64,000 nucleotides of DNA from Balanoglossus misakiensis (taxonomy: Eukaryota > Animalia > Hemichordata), in the NCBI GenBank assembly GCA_040954595.2, contig CM082588.2, positions 4,590,156-4,654,155 of the forward strand, given 5' to 3'. Both the position numbers and the translations under genes were made by a program. Shown one piece after another: positions 14,952-30,500 of this stretch; within the stretch, counting starts at the first letter, position 1, and each line of letters opens with the position of its first letter. The notes beneath the pieces were generated by a model, which saw only the letters and a program-made list of their open reading frames with translations, searched no databases and was not told the DNA's origin.

Positions 14952-15031
14952 TGTATCCGTTCACCCACAGTTCCCTCTTTAGCGGTCCAACACAATGAGT
15001 TTGAACTGAACCATGGTGGTGGAAGGGTTAA
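14952..15031 (-). mobile_element. Degenerate short TTAA-ended MITE (piggyBac-like end) in the ANKRD6 3' UTR
   Basis: Ends ...GAACTGAACCATGGTGGTGGAAGGGTTAA. Aligns by eye, in reverse orientation, with the element at 56792-56881. Confidence 0.55.
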
Positions 15032-15331
15032 GCATGTATATTTGGCAGGAAGTACATTGTAGCTTCCAGACAGGTAGTGTTTCTGACATATAAGTAGATC
15101 AAACTTATTTATACTTTAACAAACCTACATAAATTCTGATATGTAGAATACTAGTATATAAAAATATTTTGTAAAAAGTTGAATATCTTGTGGTGTTTTC
15201 AGAAAATGATTTTGGTACATATTTAAAACATCAGTGAAAGTCTTGAAATTTACTGTACCAACTGTGCCTTTTGCAATAGTAACTTTCTACTAATTTTTTG
15301 ACATCCAAACCATTCCATTGGTTTTCTTTAT

Positions 15332-15337
15332 AATAAA
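15332..15337 (+). terminator. Likely distal poly(A) signal of ANKRD6
   Basis: AATAAA followed by a T/GT-rich tract (TTTTAGTGTTTTGTCCTTTT). Other AATAAA at 13984, 14349 and 14550 are alternatives. Confidence 0.5.
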
Positions 15338-15501
15338 AAAGTTCTATTTTTTAAGCTATTTTAGTGTTTTGTCCTTTTATTATCCTCTTATATTAGATAT
15401 TTTGAGGTTCAAGCAAAAATGTCCAGTTCGACATAGTTTGTTCAGATAGTGCGTCTACGATAATGAGGGATTATGGGAAATAGAATGTATAGCTATGTAT
15501 A

Positions 15502-18500
15502 TGACATTTCTGGATGATATTCATGAGCTATAACCCATGGTTTTTGTCGAAAAACCACCAAATTTTGAAATTTCGCGAAGTCGAAAAATTGACATTTCTT
15601 GGTGATTTTCATGAGCTATAACCCATGGTTTTTGTCGAAAAACCACCAAATTTTGAAATTTCGCGAAGTCGAAAAATTGACATTTCTGGATGATTTTCCT
15701 GAGCTATAACCCATGGTTTTTGTCGAAAAACCACCAAATTTTGAAATTTGGCGAAGTCGAAAAATTGACATTTCTGGGTGATTTTCATGAGCTATAACCC
15801 ATGGTTTTTGTCGAAAAACCACCAAATTTTGAAATTTGGCGAAGTCGAAAAATTGACATTTCTGGATGATTTTCCTGAGCTATAACCCATGGTTTTTGTC
15901 GAAAAACCACCAAATTTTGAAATTTGGCGAAGTCGAAAAATTGACATTTCTGGATGATTTTCATGAGCTATAACCCATGGTTTTTGTCGAAAAACCAGCA
16001 AATTTTGAAATTTCGCGAAGTCGAAAAATTCACATTTCTGGATGATTTTCATGAGCTATAACCCATGGTTTTTGTCGAAAAACCACCAAATTTTGAAATT
16101 TGGCGAAGTCGAAAAATTGACATTTCTGGGTGATTTTCATGAGCTATAACCCATGGTTTTTGTCGAAAAACCACCAAATTTTGAAATTTGGCGAAGTCGA
16201 AAAATTGACATTTCTGGATGATTTTCATGAGCTATAACTCATGGTTTTTGTCGAAAAACCACCAAATTTTGAAATTTCGCGAAGTCGAAAAATTGACATT
16301 TCTGGGTGATTTTCATGAGCTATAACCCATGGTTTTTGTCGAAAAATCACCAAATTTTGAAATTTCGCGAAGTCGAAAAATTGACATTTCTGGATGATTT
16401 TCATGAGCTATAACCCATGGTTTTTGTCGAAAAACCACCAAATTATGAAATTTCGCGAAGTCGAAAAATTGACATTTCTGGATGATTTTCATGAGCTATA
16501 ACCCATGGTTTTTGTCGAAAAACCACAAAATTTTGAAATTTCGCGAAGTCGAAAAATTGACATTTCTGGGTGATTTTCATGAGCTATAACCCATGGTTTT
16601 TGTCGAAAAACCACCAAATTTTGAAATTTCGCGAAGTCGAAAAATTCACATTTCTGGGAGATTTTCATGAGCTATAACCCATGGTTTTTGTCGAAAAACC
16701 ACAAAATTTTGAAATTTCGCGAAGTCGAAAAATTGACATTTCTGGGTGATTTTCATGAGCTATAACCCATGGTTTTTGTCGAAAAACCACCAAATTTTGA
16801 AATTTCGCGAAGTCGAAAAATTGACATTTCTGGATGATTTTCATGAGCTATAACCCATGGTTTTTGTCGAAAAACCACCAAATTTTGAAATTTCGCGAAG
16901 TCGAAAAATTGACATTTCTGGACGATTTTCATGAGCTATAACCCATGGTTTTTGTCGAAAAACCACCAAATTTTGAAATTTCGCGAAGTCGAAAAATTGA
17001 CATTTCTGGATGATTTTCATGAGCTATAACCCATGGTTTTTGTCGAAAAACCACCAAATTATGAAATTTCGCGAAGTCGAAAAATTGACATTTCTGGATG
17101 ATTTTCATGAGCTATAACCCATGGTTTTTGTCGAAAAACCACCAAATTTTGAAATTTCGCGAAGTCGAAAAATTGACATTTCTGGATGATTTTCATGAGC
17201 TATAACTCATGGTTTTTGTCGAAAAACCACCAAATTTTGAAATTTCGCGAAGTCGAAAAATTGACATTTCTGGGTGATTTTGATGAGCTATAACCCATGG
17301 TTTTTGTCGAAAAACCACCAAATTTTGAAATTTGGCGAAGTCGAAAAATTGACATTTCTGGGTGATTTTCATGAGCTATAACCCATGGTTTTTGTCGAAA
17401 AACCACCAAATTTTGAAATTTGGCGAAGTCGAAAAATTGACATTTCTGGATGATTTTCCTGAGCTATAACCCATGGTTTTTGTCGAAAAACCACCAAATT
17501 TTGAAATTTGGCGAAGTCGAAAAATTGACATTTCTGGATGATTTTCATGAGCTATAACCCATGGTTTTTGTCGAAAAACCAGCAAATTTTGAAATTTCGC
17601 GAAGTCGAAAAATTCACATTTCTGGATGATTTTCATGAGCTATAACCCATGGTTTTTGTCGAAAAACCACCAAATTTTGAAATTTGGCGAAGTCGAAAAA
17701 TTGACATTTCTGGGTGATTTTCATGAGCTATAACCCATGGTTTTTGTCGAAAAACCACCAAATTTTGAAATTTGGCGAAGTCGAAAAATTGACATTTCTG
17801 GATGATTTTCATGAGCTATAACTCATGGTTTTTGTCGAAAAACCACCAAATTTTGAAATTTCGCGAAGTCGAAAAATTGACATTTCTGGGTGATTTTCAT
17901 GAGCTATAACCCATGGTTTTTGTCGAAAAATCACCAAATTTTGAAATTTCGCGAAGTCGAAAAATTGACATTTCTGGATGATTTTCATGAGCTATAACCC
18001 ATGGTTTTTGTCGAAAAACCACCAAATTATGAAATTTCGCGAAGTCGAAAAATTGACATTTCTGGATGATTTTCATGAGCTATAACCCATGGTTTTTGTC
18101 GAAAAACCACAAAATTTTGAAATTTCGCGAAGTCGAAAAATTGACATTTCTGGGTGATTTTCATGAGCTATAACCCATGGTTTTTGTCGAAAAACCACCA
18201 AATTTTGAAATTTCGCGAAGTCGAAAAATTCACATTTCTGGGAGATTTTCATGAGCTATAACCCATGGTTTTTGTCGAAAAACCACAAAATTTTGAAATT
18301 TCGCGAAGTCGAAAAATTGACATTTCTGGGTGATTTTCATGAGCTATAACCCATGGTTTTTGTCGAAAAACCACCAAATTTTGAAATTTCGCGAAGTCGA
18401 AAAATTGACATTTCTGGATGATTTTCATGAGCTATAACCCATGGTTTTTGTCGAAAAACCACCAAATTTTGAAATTTCGCGAAGTCGAAAAATTGACATT

Positions 18501-21500
18501 TCTGGACGATTTTCATGAGCTATAACCCATGGTTTTTGTCGAAAAACCACCAAATTTTGAAATTTCGCGAAGTCGAAAAATTGACATTTCTGGATGATTT
18601 TCATGAGCTATAACCCATGGTTTTTGTCGAAAAACCACCAAATTATGAAATTTCGCGAAGTCGAAAAATTGACATTTCTGGATGATTTTCATGAGCTATA
18701 ACCCATGGTTTTTGTCGAAAAACCACCAAATTTTGAAATTTCGCGAAGTCGAAAAATTGACATTTCTGGATGATTTTCATGAGCTATAACTCATGGTTTT
18801 TGTCGAAAAACCACCAAATTTTGAAATTTCGCGAAGTCGAAAAATTGACATTTCTGGGTGATTTTGATGAGCTATAACCCATGGTTTTTGTCGAAAAACC
18901 ACCAAATTTTGAAATTTCGCGAAGTCGAAAAATTGACATTTCTGGATGATTTTCATGAGCTATAACCCATGGTTTTTGTCGAAAAACCACCAAATTATGA
19001 AATTTCGCGAAGTCGAAAAATTGACATTTCTGGATGATTTTCATGAGCTATAACCCATGGTTTTTGTCGAAAAACCACCAAATTTTGAAATTTCGCGAAG
19101 TCGAAAAATTGACATTTCTGGATGATATTCATGAGCTATAACTCATGGTTTTTGTCGAAAAACCACCAAATTTTGAAATTTCGCGAAGTCGAAAAATTGA
19201 CATTTCTGGGTGATTTTCATGAGCTATAACCCATGGTTTTTGTCGAAAAATCACCAAATTTTGAAATTTCGCGAAGTCGAAAAATTGACATTTCTGGATG
19301 ATTTTCATGAGCTATAACCCATGGTTTTTGTCGAAAAACCACCAAATTTTGAAATTTCGCGAAGTCGAAAAATTCACATTTCTGGGTGATTTTCATGAGC
19401 TATAACCCATGGTTTTTGTCGAAAAACCACCATATTTTGAAATTTCGCGAAGTCGAAAAATTGACATTTCTGGGTGATTTTCATGAGCTATAACCCATGG
19501 TTTTTGTCGAAAAACCACCAAATTTTGAAATTTCGCGAAGTCGAAAAATTGACATTTCTGGATGATTTTCATGAGCTATAACCCATGGTTTTTGTCGAAA
19601 AACCACCAAATTATGAAATTTCGCGAAGTCGAAAAATTGACATTTCTGGATGATTTTCATGAGCTATAACCCATGGTTTTTGTCGAAAAACCACCAAATT
19701 TTGAAATTTCGCGAAGTCGAAAAATTGACATTTCTGGATGATATTCATGAGCTATAACCCATGGTTTTTGTCGCAAAACCACCAAATTTTGAAATTTCGC
19801 GAAGTCGAAATATTGACATTTCTGGATGATTTTCATGAGCTATAACCCATGGTTTTTGTCGAAAAACCACCAAATTTTGAAATTTCGCGAAGTCGAAAAA
19901 TTGACATTTCTGGGTGATTTTCATGAGCTATAACCCATGGTTTTTGTCGAAAAACCACCAAATTTTGAAATTTGGCGAAGTCGAAAAATTGACATTTCTG
20001 GGTGATTTTCATGAGCTATAACCCATGGTTTTTGTCGAAAAACCACCAAATTTTGAAATTTCGCGAAGTCGAAAAATTGACATTTCTGGGTGATTTTCAT
20101 GAGCTATAACCCATGGTTTTTGTCGAAAAACCACCAAATTTTGAAATTTCGCGAAGTCGAAAAATTGACATTTCTGGGTGATTTTCATGAGCTATAACCC
20201 ATGGTTTTTGTCGAAAAACCACCAAATTTTGAAATTTCGCGAAGTCGAAAAATTGACATTTCTGGATGATTTTCATGAGCTATAACCCATGGTTTTTGTC
20301 GAAAAACCACCAAATTATGAAATTTCGCGAAGTCGAAAAATTGACATTTCTGGATGATTTTCATGAGCTATAACCCATGGTTTTTGTCGAAAAACCACCA
20401 AATTTTGAAATTTCGCGAAGTCGAAAAATTGACATTTCTGGGTGATTTTCATAAGCTATAACCCATGGTTTTTGTCGAAAAACCACCAAATTTTGAAATT
20501 TCGCGAAGTCGAAAAATTGACATTTCTGGGTGATTTTCATGAGCTATAACCCATGGTTTTTGTCGAAAAACCACCAAATTTTGAAATTTCGCGAAGTCGA
20601 AAAATTCACATTTCTGGGTGATTTTCATGAGCTATAACCCATGGTTTTTGTCGAAAAACCACCATATTTTGAAATTTCGCGAAGTCGAAAAATTGACATT
20701 TCTGGGTGATTTTCATGAGCTATAACCCATGGTTTTTGTCGAAAAACCACCAAATTTTGAAATTTCGCGAAGTCGAAAAATTGACATTTCTGGGTGATTT
20801 TCATGAGCTATAACCCATGGTTTTTGTCGAAAAACCACCAAATTTTGAAATTTCGCGAAGTCGAAAAATTGACATTTCTGGATGATTTTCATGAGCTATA
20901 ACCCATGGTTTTTGTCGAAAAACCACCAAATTATGAAATTTCGCGAAGTCGAAAAATTGACATTTCTGGATGATTTTCATGAGCTATAACCCATGGTTTT
21001 TGTCGAAAAACCACCAAATTTTGAAATTTCGCTAAGTCGAAAAATTGACATTTCTGGATGATATTCATGAGCTATAACTCATGGTTTTTGTCGAAAAACC
21101 ACCAAATTTTGAAATTTCGCGAAGTCGAAAAATTGACATTTCTGGGTGATTTTCATGAGCTATAACCCATGGTTTTTGTCGAAAAATCACCAAATTTTGA
21201 AATTTCGCGAAGTCGAAAAATTGACATTTCTGGGTGATTTTCATGAGCTATAACCCATGGTTTTTGTCGAAAAACCACCAAATTATGAAATTTCGCGAAG
21301 TCGAAAAATTGACATTTCTGGGTGATTTTCATGAGCTATAACCCATGGTTTTTGTCGAAAAACCACCAAATTTTGAAATTTCGCGAAGTCGAAAAATTGA
21401 CATTTCTGGGTGATTTTCATGAGCTATAACCCATGGTTTTTGTCGAAAAACCACCAAATTTTGAAATTTCGCGAAGTCGAAAAATTGACATTTCTGGGTG

Positions 21501-24500
21501 ATTTTCATGAGCTATAACCCATGGTTTTTGTCGAAAAACCACCAAATTTTGAAATTTCGCGAAGTCGAAAAATTCACATTTCTGGGTGATTTTCATGAGC
21601 TATAACCCATGGTTTTTGTCGAAAAACCACCATATTTTGAAATTTCGCGAAGTCGAAAAATTGACATTTCTGGGTGATTTTCATGAGCTATAACCCATGG
21701 TTTTTGTCGAAAAACCACCAAATTTTGAAATTTCGCGAAGTCGAAATATTGACATTTCTGGATGATTTTCATGAGCTATAACCCATGGTTTTTGTCGAAA
21801 AACCACCAAATTTTGAAATTTCGCGAAGTCGAAAAATTGACATTTCTGGGTGATTTTCATGAGCTATAACCCATGGTTTTTGTCGAAAAACCACCAAATT
21901 TTGAAATTTGGTGAAGTCGAAAAATTGACATTTCTGGGTGATTTTCATGAGCTATAACCCATGGTTTTTGTCGAAAAACCACCAAATTTTGAAATTTCGC
22001 GAAGTCGAAATATTGATATTTCTGGGTGATTTTCATGAGCTATAACCCATGGTTTTTGTCGAAAAACCACCAAATTTTGAAATTTCGCGAAGTCGAAAAA
22101 TTGACATTTCTGGGTGATTTTCATGAGCTGTAACCCATGGTTTTTGTCGAAAAACCACCAAATTTTGAAATTTGGCGAAGTCGAAAAATTGACATTTCTG
22201 GGTGATTTTCATGAGCTATAACCCATGGTTTTTGTCGAAAAACCACCAAATTTTGAAATTTCGCGAAGTCGAAAAATTGACATTTCTGGGTGATTTTCAT
22301 GAGCTATAACCCATGGTTTTTGTCGAAAAACCACCAAATTTTGAAATTTCGCGAAGTCGAAAAATTGACATTTCTGGGTGATTTTCATGAGCTATAACCC
22401 ATGGTTTTTGTCGAAAAACCACCAAATTTTGAAATTTCGCGAAGTCGAAAAATTGACATTTCTGGGTGATTTTCATGAGCTATAACCCATGGTTTTTGTC
22501 GAAAAACCACCAAATTTTGAAATTTCGCGAAGTCGAAAAATTCACATTTCTGGGTGATTTTCATGAGCTATAACCCATGGTTTTTGTCGAAAAACCACCA
22601 TATTTTGAAATTTCGCGAAGTCGAAAAATTGACATTTCTGGGTGATTTTCATGAGCTATAACCCATGGTTTTTGTCGAAAAACCACCAAATTTTGAAATT
22701 TCGCGAAGTCGAAATATTGACATTTCTGGATGATTTTCATGAGCTATAACCCATGGTTTTTGTCGAAAAACCACCAAATTTTGAAATTTCGCGAAGTCGA
22801 AAAATTGACATTTCTGGGTGATTTTCATGAGCTATAACCCATGGTTTTTGTCGAAAAACCACCAAATTTTGAAATTTGGCGAAGTCGAAAAATTGACATT
22901 TCTGGGTGATTTTCATGAGCTATAACCCATGGTTTTTGTCGAAAAACCACCAAATTTTGAAATTTCGCGAAGTCGAAATATTGACATTTCTGGGTGATTT
23001 TCATGAGCTATAACCCATGGTTTTTGTCGAAAAACCACCAAATTTTGAAATTTCGCGAAGTCGAAAAATTGACATTTCTGGGTGATTTTCATGAGCTGTA
23101 ACCCATGGTTTTTGTCGAAAAACCACCAAATTTTGAAATTTGGCGAAGTCGAAAAATTGACATTTCTGGGTGATTTTCATGAGCTATAACCCATGGTTTT
23201 TGTCGAAAAACCACCAAATTTTGAAATTTCGCGAAGTCGAAAAATTGACATTTCTGGGTGATTTTCATGAGCTATAACCCATGGTTTTTGTCGAAAAACC
23301 ACCAAATTTTGAAATTTCGCGAAGTCGAAAAATTGACATTTCTGGGTGATTTTCATGAGCTATAACCCATGGTTTTTGTCGAAAAACCACCAAATTTTGA
23401 AATTTCGCGAAGTCGAAAAATTGACATTTCTCGATGATTTTCATGAGCTATAACCCATGGTTTTTGTCGAAAAACCACCAAATTTTGAAATTTCGCGAAG
23501 TCGAAAAATTGACATTTCTGGGTGATTTTCATGAGCTATAACCCATGGTTTTTGTCGAAAAATCACCAAATTTTGAAGTTTCGCGAAGTCGAAAAATTGA
23601 CATTTCTGGATGATTTTCATGAGCTATAACCCATGGTTTTTGTCGAAAAACCACCAAATTATGAAATTTCGCGAAGTCGAAAAATTGACATTTCTGGATG
23701 ATTTTCATGAGCTATAACCCATGGTTTTTGTCGAAAAACCACCAAATTTTGAAATTTCGCGAAGTCGAAAAATTGACATTTCTGGGTGATTTTCATGAGC
23801 TATAACCCATGGTTTTTGTCGAAAAACCACCAAATTTTGAAATTTCGCGAAGTCGAAAAATTGACATTTCTGGGTGATTTTCATGAGCTATAACCCATGG
23901 TTTTTGTCGAAAAACCACCAAATTTTGAAATTTCGCGAAGTCGAAAAATTCACATTTCTGGGTGATTTTCATGAGCTATAACCCATGGTTTTTGTCGAAA
24001 AACCACCATATTTTGAAATTTCGCGAAGTCGAAAAATTGACATTTCTGGGTGATTTTCATGAGCTATAACCCATGGTTTTTGTCGAAAAACCACCAAATT
24101 TTGAAATTTCGCGAAGTCGAAAAATTGACATTTCTGGATGATTTTCATGAGCTATAACCCATGGTTTTTGTCGAAAAACCACCAAATTATGAAATTTCGC
24201 GAAGTCGAAAAATTGACATTTCTGGATGAATTTCATGAGCTATAACCCATGGTTTTTGTCGAAAAACCACCAAATTTTGAAATTTCGCGAAGTCGAAAAA
24301 TTGACATTTCTGGATGATTTTCATGAGCTATAACCCATGGTTTTTGTCGAAAAACCACCAAATTTTGAAATTTCGCGAAGTCGAAAAATTGACATTTCTG
24401 GGTGATTTTCATGAGCTATAACCCATGGTTTTTGTCGAAAAACCACCAAATTTTGAAATTTCGCGAAGTCGAAAAATTGACATTTCTGGGTGATTTTCAT

Positions 24501-27500
24501 GAGCTATAACCCATGGTTTTTGTCGAAAAACCACCAAATTTTGAAATTTCGCGAAGTCGAAAAATTCACATTTCTGGGTGATTTTCATGAGCTATAACCC
24601 ATGGTTTTTGTCGAAAAACCACCATATTTTGAAATTTCGCGAAGTCGAAAAATTGACATTTCTGGGTGATTTTCATGAGCTATAACCCATGGTTTTTGTC
24701 GAAAAACCACCAAATTTTGAAATTTCGCGAAGTCGAAAAATTGACATTTCTGGATGATTTTCATGAGCTATAACCCATGGTTTTTGTCGAAAAACCACCA
24801 AATTATGAAATTTCGCGAAGTCGAAAAATTGACATTTCTGGATGATTTTCATGAGCTATAACCCATGGTTTTTGTCGAAAAACCACCAAATTTTGAAATT
24901 TCGCGAAGTCGAAAAATTCACATTTCTGGGTGATTTTCATGAGCTATAACCCATGGTTTTTGTCGAAAAACCACCATATTTTGAAATTTCGCGAAGTCGA
25001 AAAATTGACATTTCTGGGTGATTTTCATGAGCTATAACCCATGGTTTTTGTCGAAAAACCACCAAATTTTGAAATTTCGCGAAGTCGAAAAATTGACATT
25101 TCTGGATGATTTTCATGAGCTATAACCCATGGTTTTTGTCGAAAAACCACCAAATTATGAAATTTCGCGAAGTCGAAAAATTGACATTTCTGGATGATTT
25201 TCATGAGCTATAACCCATGGTTTTTGTCGAAAAACCACCAAATTTTGAAATTTCGCGAAGTCGAAAAATTGACATTTCTGGATGATATTCATGAGCTATA
25301 ACCCATGGTTTTTGTCGCAAAACCACCAAATTTTGAAATTTCGCGAAGTCGAAATATTGACATTTCTGGATGATTTTCATGAGCTATAACCCATGGTTTT
25401 TGTCGAAAAACCACCAAATTTTGAAATTTCGCGAAGTCGAAAAATTGACATTTCTGGGTGATTTTCATGAGCTATAACCCATGGTTTTTGTCGAAAAACC
25501 ACCAAATTTTGAAATTTGGCGAAGTCGAAAAATTGACATTTCTGGGGGATTTTCATGAGCTATAACCCATGGTTTTTGTCGAAAAACCACCAAATTTTGA
25601 AATTTCGCGAAGTCGAAAAATTGACATTTCTGGGTGATTTTCATGAGCTATAACCCATGGTTTTTGTCGAAAAAACACCAAATTTTGAAATTTCGCGAAG
25701 TCGAAAAATTGACATTTCTGGGTGATTTTCATGAGCTATAACCCATGGTTTTTGTCGAAAAACCACCAAATTTTGAAATTTCGCGAAGTCGAAAAATTGA
25801 CATTTCTGGGTGATTTTTATGAGCTATAACCCATGGTTTTTGTCGAAAAACCACCAAATTATGAAATTTCGCGAAGTCGAAAAATTGACATTTCTGGATG
25901 ATTTTCATGAGCTATAACCCATGGTTTTTGTCGAAAAAGCACCAAATTTTGAAATTTCGCGAAGTCGAAAAATTGACATTTCTGGATGATATTCATGAGC
26001 TATAACCCATGGTTTTTGTCGCAAAACCACCAAATTTTGAAATTTCGCGAAGTCGAAATATTGACATTTCTGGATGATTTTCATGAGCTATAACCCATGG
26101 TTTTTGTCGAAAAACCACCAAATTTTGAAATTTCGCGAAGTCGAAAAATTGACATTTCTGGGTGATTTTCATGAGCTATAACCCATGGTTTTTGTCGAAA
26201 AACCACCAAATTTTGAAATTTGGCGAAGTCGAAAAATTGACATTTCTGGGTGATTTTCATGAGCTATAACCCATGGTTTTTGTCGAAAAACCACCAAATT
26301 TTGAAATTTCGCGAAGTCGAAAAATTGACATTTCTGGGTGATTTTCATGAGCTATAACCCATGGTTTTTGTCGAAAAAACACCAAATTTTCAAATTTCGC
26401 GAAGTCGAAAAATTGACATTTCTGGGTGATTTTCATGAGCTATAACCCATGGTTTTTGTCGAAAAACCACCAAATTTTGAAATTTCGCGAAGTCGAAAAA
26501 TTGACATTTCTGGGTGATTTTCATGAGCTATAACCCATGGTTTTTGTCGAAAAACCACCAAATATTGAAATTTCGCGAAGTCGAAAAATTGACATTTCTG
26601 GATGATTTTCATGAGCTATAACCCATGGTTTTTGTCGAAAAACCACCAAATTATGAAATTTCGCGAAGTCGAAAAATTGACATTTCTGGATGATTTTCAT
26701 GAGCTATAACCCATGGTTTTTGTCGAAAAACCACCAAATTTTGAAATTTCGCGAAGTCGAAAAATTGACATTTCTGGATGATTTTCATGAGCTATAACCC
26801 ATGGTTTTTGTCGAAAAACCACCAAATTTTGAAATTTCGCGAAGTCGAAAAATTGACATTTCTGGGTGATTTTCATGAGCTATAACCCATGGTTTTTGTC
26901 GAAAAACCACCAAATTTTGAAATTTCGCGAAGTCGAAAAATTGACATTTCTGGATGATTTTCATGAGCTATAACCCATGGTTTTTGTCGAAAAACCACCA
27001 AATTATGAAATTTCGCGAAGTCGAAAAATTGACATTTCTGGATGATATTCATGAGCTATAACCCATGGTTTTTGTCGAAAAACCACCAAATTTTGAAATT
27101 TCGCGAAGTCGAAAAATTGACATTTCTGGATGATATTCATGAGCTATAACCCATGGTTTTTGTCGAAAAACCACCAAATTTTGAAATTTCGCGAAGTCGA
27201 AAAATTGACATTTCTGGGTGATTTTCATGAGCTATAACTCATGGTTTTTGTCGAAAAACCACCAAATTTTGAAATTTCGCGAAGTCGAAAAATTGACATT
27301 TCTGGGTGATTTTCATGAGCTATAACCCATGGTTTTTGTCGAAAAACCACCAAATTTTGAAATTTCGCGAAGTCGAAAAATTGACATTTCTGGATGATTT
27401 TCATGAGCTATAACCCATGGTTTTTGTCGAAAAACCACCAAATTATGAAATTTCGCGAAGTCGAAAAATTGACATTTCTGGATGATATTCATGAGCTATA

Positions 27501-30500
27501 ACCCATGGTTTTTGTCGAAAAACCACCAAATTTTGAAATTTCGCGAAGTCGAAAAATTGACATTTCTGGGTGATTTTCATGAGCTATAACCCATGGTTTT
27601 TGTCGAAAAATCACCAAATTTTGAAATTTCGCGAAGTCGAAAAATTGACATTTCTGGATGATTTTCATGAGCTATAACCCATGGTTTTTGTCGAAAAACC
27701 ACCAAATTTTGAAATTTCGCGAAGTCGAAAAATTGACATTTCTGGATGATTTTCATGAGCTATAACCCATGGTTTTTGTCGAAAAACCACCAAATTTTGA
27801 AATTTCGCGAAATCGAAAAATTGACATTTCTGGGTGATTTTCATGAGCTATAACCCATGGTTTTTGTCGAAAAACCACCAAATTTTGAAATTTCGCGAAG
27901 TCGAAAAATTCACATTTCTGGGTGATTTTCATGAGCTATAACCCATGGTTTTTGTCGAAAAACCACCATATTTTGAAATTTCGCGAAGTCGAAAAATTGA
28001 CATTTCTGGGTGATTTTCATGAGCTATAACTCATGGTTTTTGTCGAAAAACCACCAAATTTTGAAATTTCGCGAAGTCGAAAAATTGACATTTCTGGGTG
28101 ATTTTCATGAGCTATAACCCATGGTTTTTGTCGAAAAACCACCAAATTTTGAAATTTCGCGAAGTCGAAAAATTGACATTTCTGGATGATTTTCATGAGC
28201 TATAACCCATGGTTTTTGTCGAAAAACCACCAAATTATGAAATTTCGCGAAGTCGAAAAATTGACATTTCTGGATGATTTTCATGAGCTATAACCCATGG
28301 TTTTTGTCGAAAAACCACCAAATTTTGAAATTTCGCGAAGTCGAAAAATTGACATTTCTGGGTGATTTTCATGAGCTATAACCCATGGTTTTTGTCGAAA
28401 AACCACCAAATTTTGAAATTTCGCGAAGTCGAAAAATTGACATTTCTGGGTGATTTTCATGAGCTATAACCCATGGTTTTTGTCGAAAAACCACCAAATT
28501 TTGAAATTTCGCGAAGTCGAAAAATTCACATTTCTGGGTGATTTTCATGAGCTATAACCCATGGTTTTTGTCGAAAAACCACCATATTTTGAAATTTCGC
28601 GAAGTCGAAAAATTGACATTTCTGGGTGATTTTCATGAGCTATAACCCATGGTTTTTGTCGAAAAACCACCAAATTTTGAAATTTCGCGAAGTCGAAAAA
28701 TTGACATTTCTGGATGATTTTCATGAGCTATAACCCATGGTTTTTGTCGAAAAACCACCAAATTATGAAATTTCGCGAAGTCGAAAAATTGACATTTCTG
28801 GATGATTTTCATGAGCTATAACCCATGGTTTTTGTCGAAAAACCACCAAATTTTGAAATTTCGCGAAGTCGAAAAATTGACATTTCTGGATGATATTCAT
28901 GAGCTATAACCCATGGTTTTTGTCGCAAAACCACCAAATTTTGAAATTTCGCGAAGTCGAAATATTGACATTTCTGGATGATTTTCATGAGCTATAACCC
29001 ATGGTTTTTGTCGAAAAACCACCAAATTTTGAAATTTCGCGAAGTCGAAAAATTGACATTTCTGGGTGATTTTCATGAGCTATAACCCATGGTTTTTGTC
29101 GAAAAACCACCAAATTTTGAAATTTGGCGAAGTCGAAAAATTGACATTTCTGGGTGATTTTCATGAGCTATAACCCATGGTTTTTGTCGAAAAACCACCA
29201 AATTTTGAAATTTCGCGAAGTCGAAAAATTGACATTTCTGGGTGATTTTCATGAGCTATAACCCATGGTTTTTGTCGAAAAAACACCAAATTTTGAAATT
29301 TCGCGAAGTCGAAAAATTGACATTTCTGGGTGATTTTCATGAGCTATAACCCATGGTTTTTGTCGAAAAACCACCAAATTTTGAAATTTCGCGAAGTCGA
29401 AAAATTGACATTTCTGGGTGATTTTTATGAGCTATAACCCATGGTTTTTGTCGAAAAACCACCAAATTATGAAATTTCGCGAAGTCGAAGTATTGACATT
29501 TCTGGATGATTTTCATGAGCTATAACCCATGGTTTTTGTCGAAAAACCACCAAATTTTGAAATTTCGCGAAGTCGAAAAATTGACATTTCTGGATGATAT
29601 TCATGAGCTATAACCCATGGTTTTTGTCGCAAAACCACCAAATTTTGAAATTTCGCGAAGTCGAAATATTGACATTTCTGGATGATTTTCATGAGCTATA
29701 ACCCATGGTTTTTGTCGAAAAACCACCAAATTTTGAAATTTCGCGAAGTCGAAAAATTGACATTTCTGGGTGATTTTCATGAGCTATAACCCATGGTTTT
29801 TGTCGAAAAACCACCAAATTTTGAAATTTGGCGAAGTCGAAAAATTGACATTTCTGGGTGATTTTCATGAGCTATAACCCATGGTTTTTGTCGAAAAACC
29901 ACCAAATTTTGAAATTTCGCGAAGTCGAAAAATTGACATTTCTGGGTGATTTTCATGAGCTATAACCCATGGTTTTTGTCGAAAAACACCAAATTTTCAA
30001 ATTTCGCGAAGTCGAAAAATTGACATTTCTGGGTGATTTTCATGAGCTATAACCCATGGTTTTTGTCGAAAAACCACCAAATTTTGAAATTTCGCGAAGT
30101 CGAAAAATTGACATTTCTGGGTGATTTTCATGAGCTATAACCCATGGTTTTTGTCGAAAAACCACCAAATATTGAAATTTCGCGAAGTCGAAAAATTGAC
30201 ATTTCTGGATGATTTTCATGAGCTATAACCCATGGTTTTTGTCGAAAAACCACCAAATTATGAAATTTCGCGAAGTCGAAAAATTGACATTTCTGGATGA
30301 TTTTCATGAGCTATAACCCATGGTTTTTGTCGAAAAACCACCAAATTTTGAAATTTCGCGAAGTCGAAAAATTGACATTTCTGGATGATTTTCATGAGCT
30401 ATAACCCATGGTTTTTGTCGAAAAACCACCAAATTTTGAAATTTCGCGAAGTCGAAAAATTGACATTTCTGGGTGATTTTCATGAGCTATAACCCATGGT

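Noticed and set aside
15524-15611. CENP-B box or telomeric repeat in the monomer
   Set aside because: The TTCG sites lack the downstream A..CGGG consensus, and TAACCC occurs only once per monomer.
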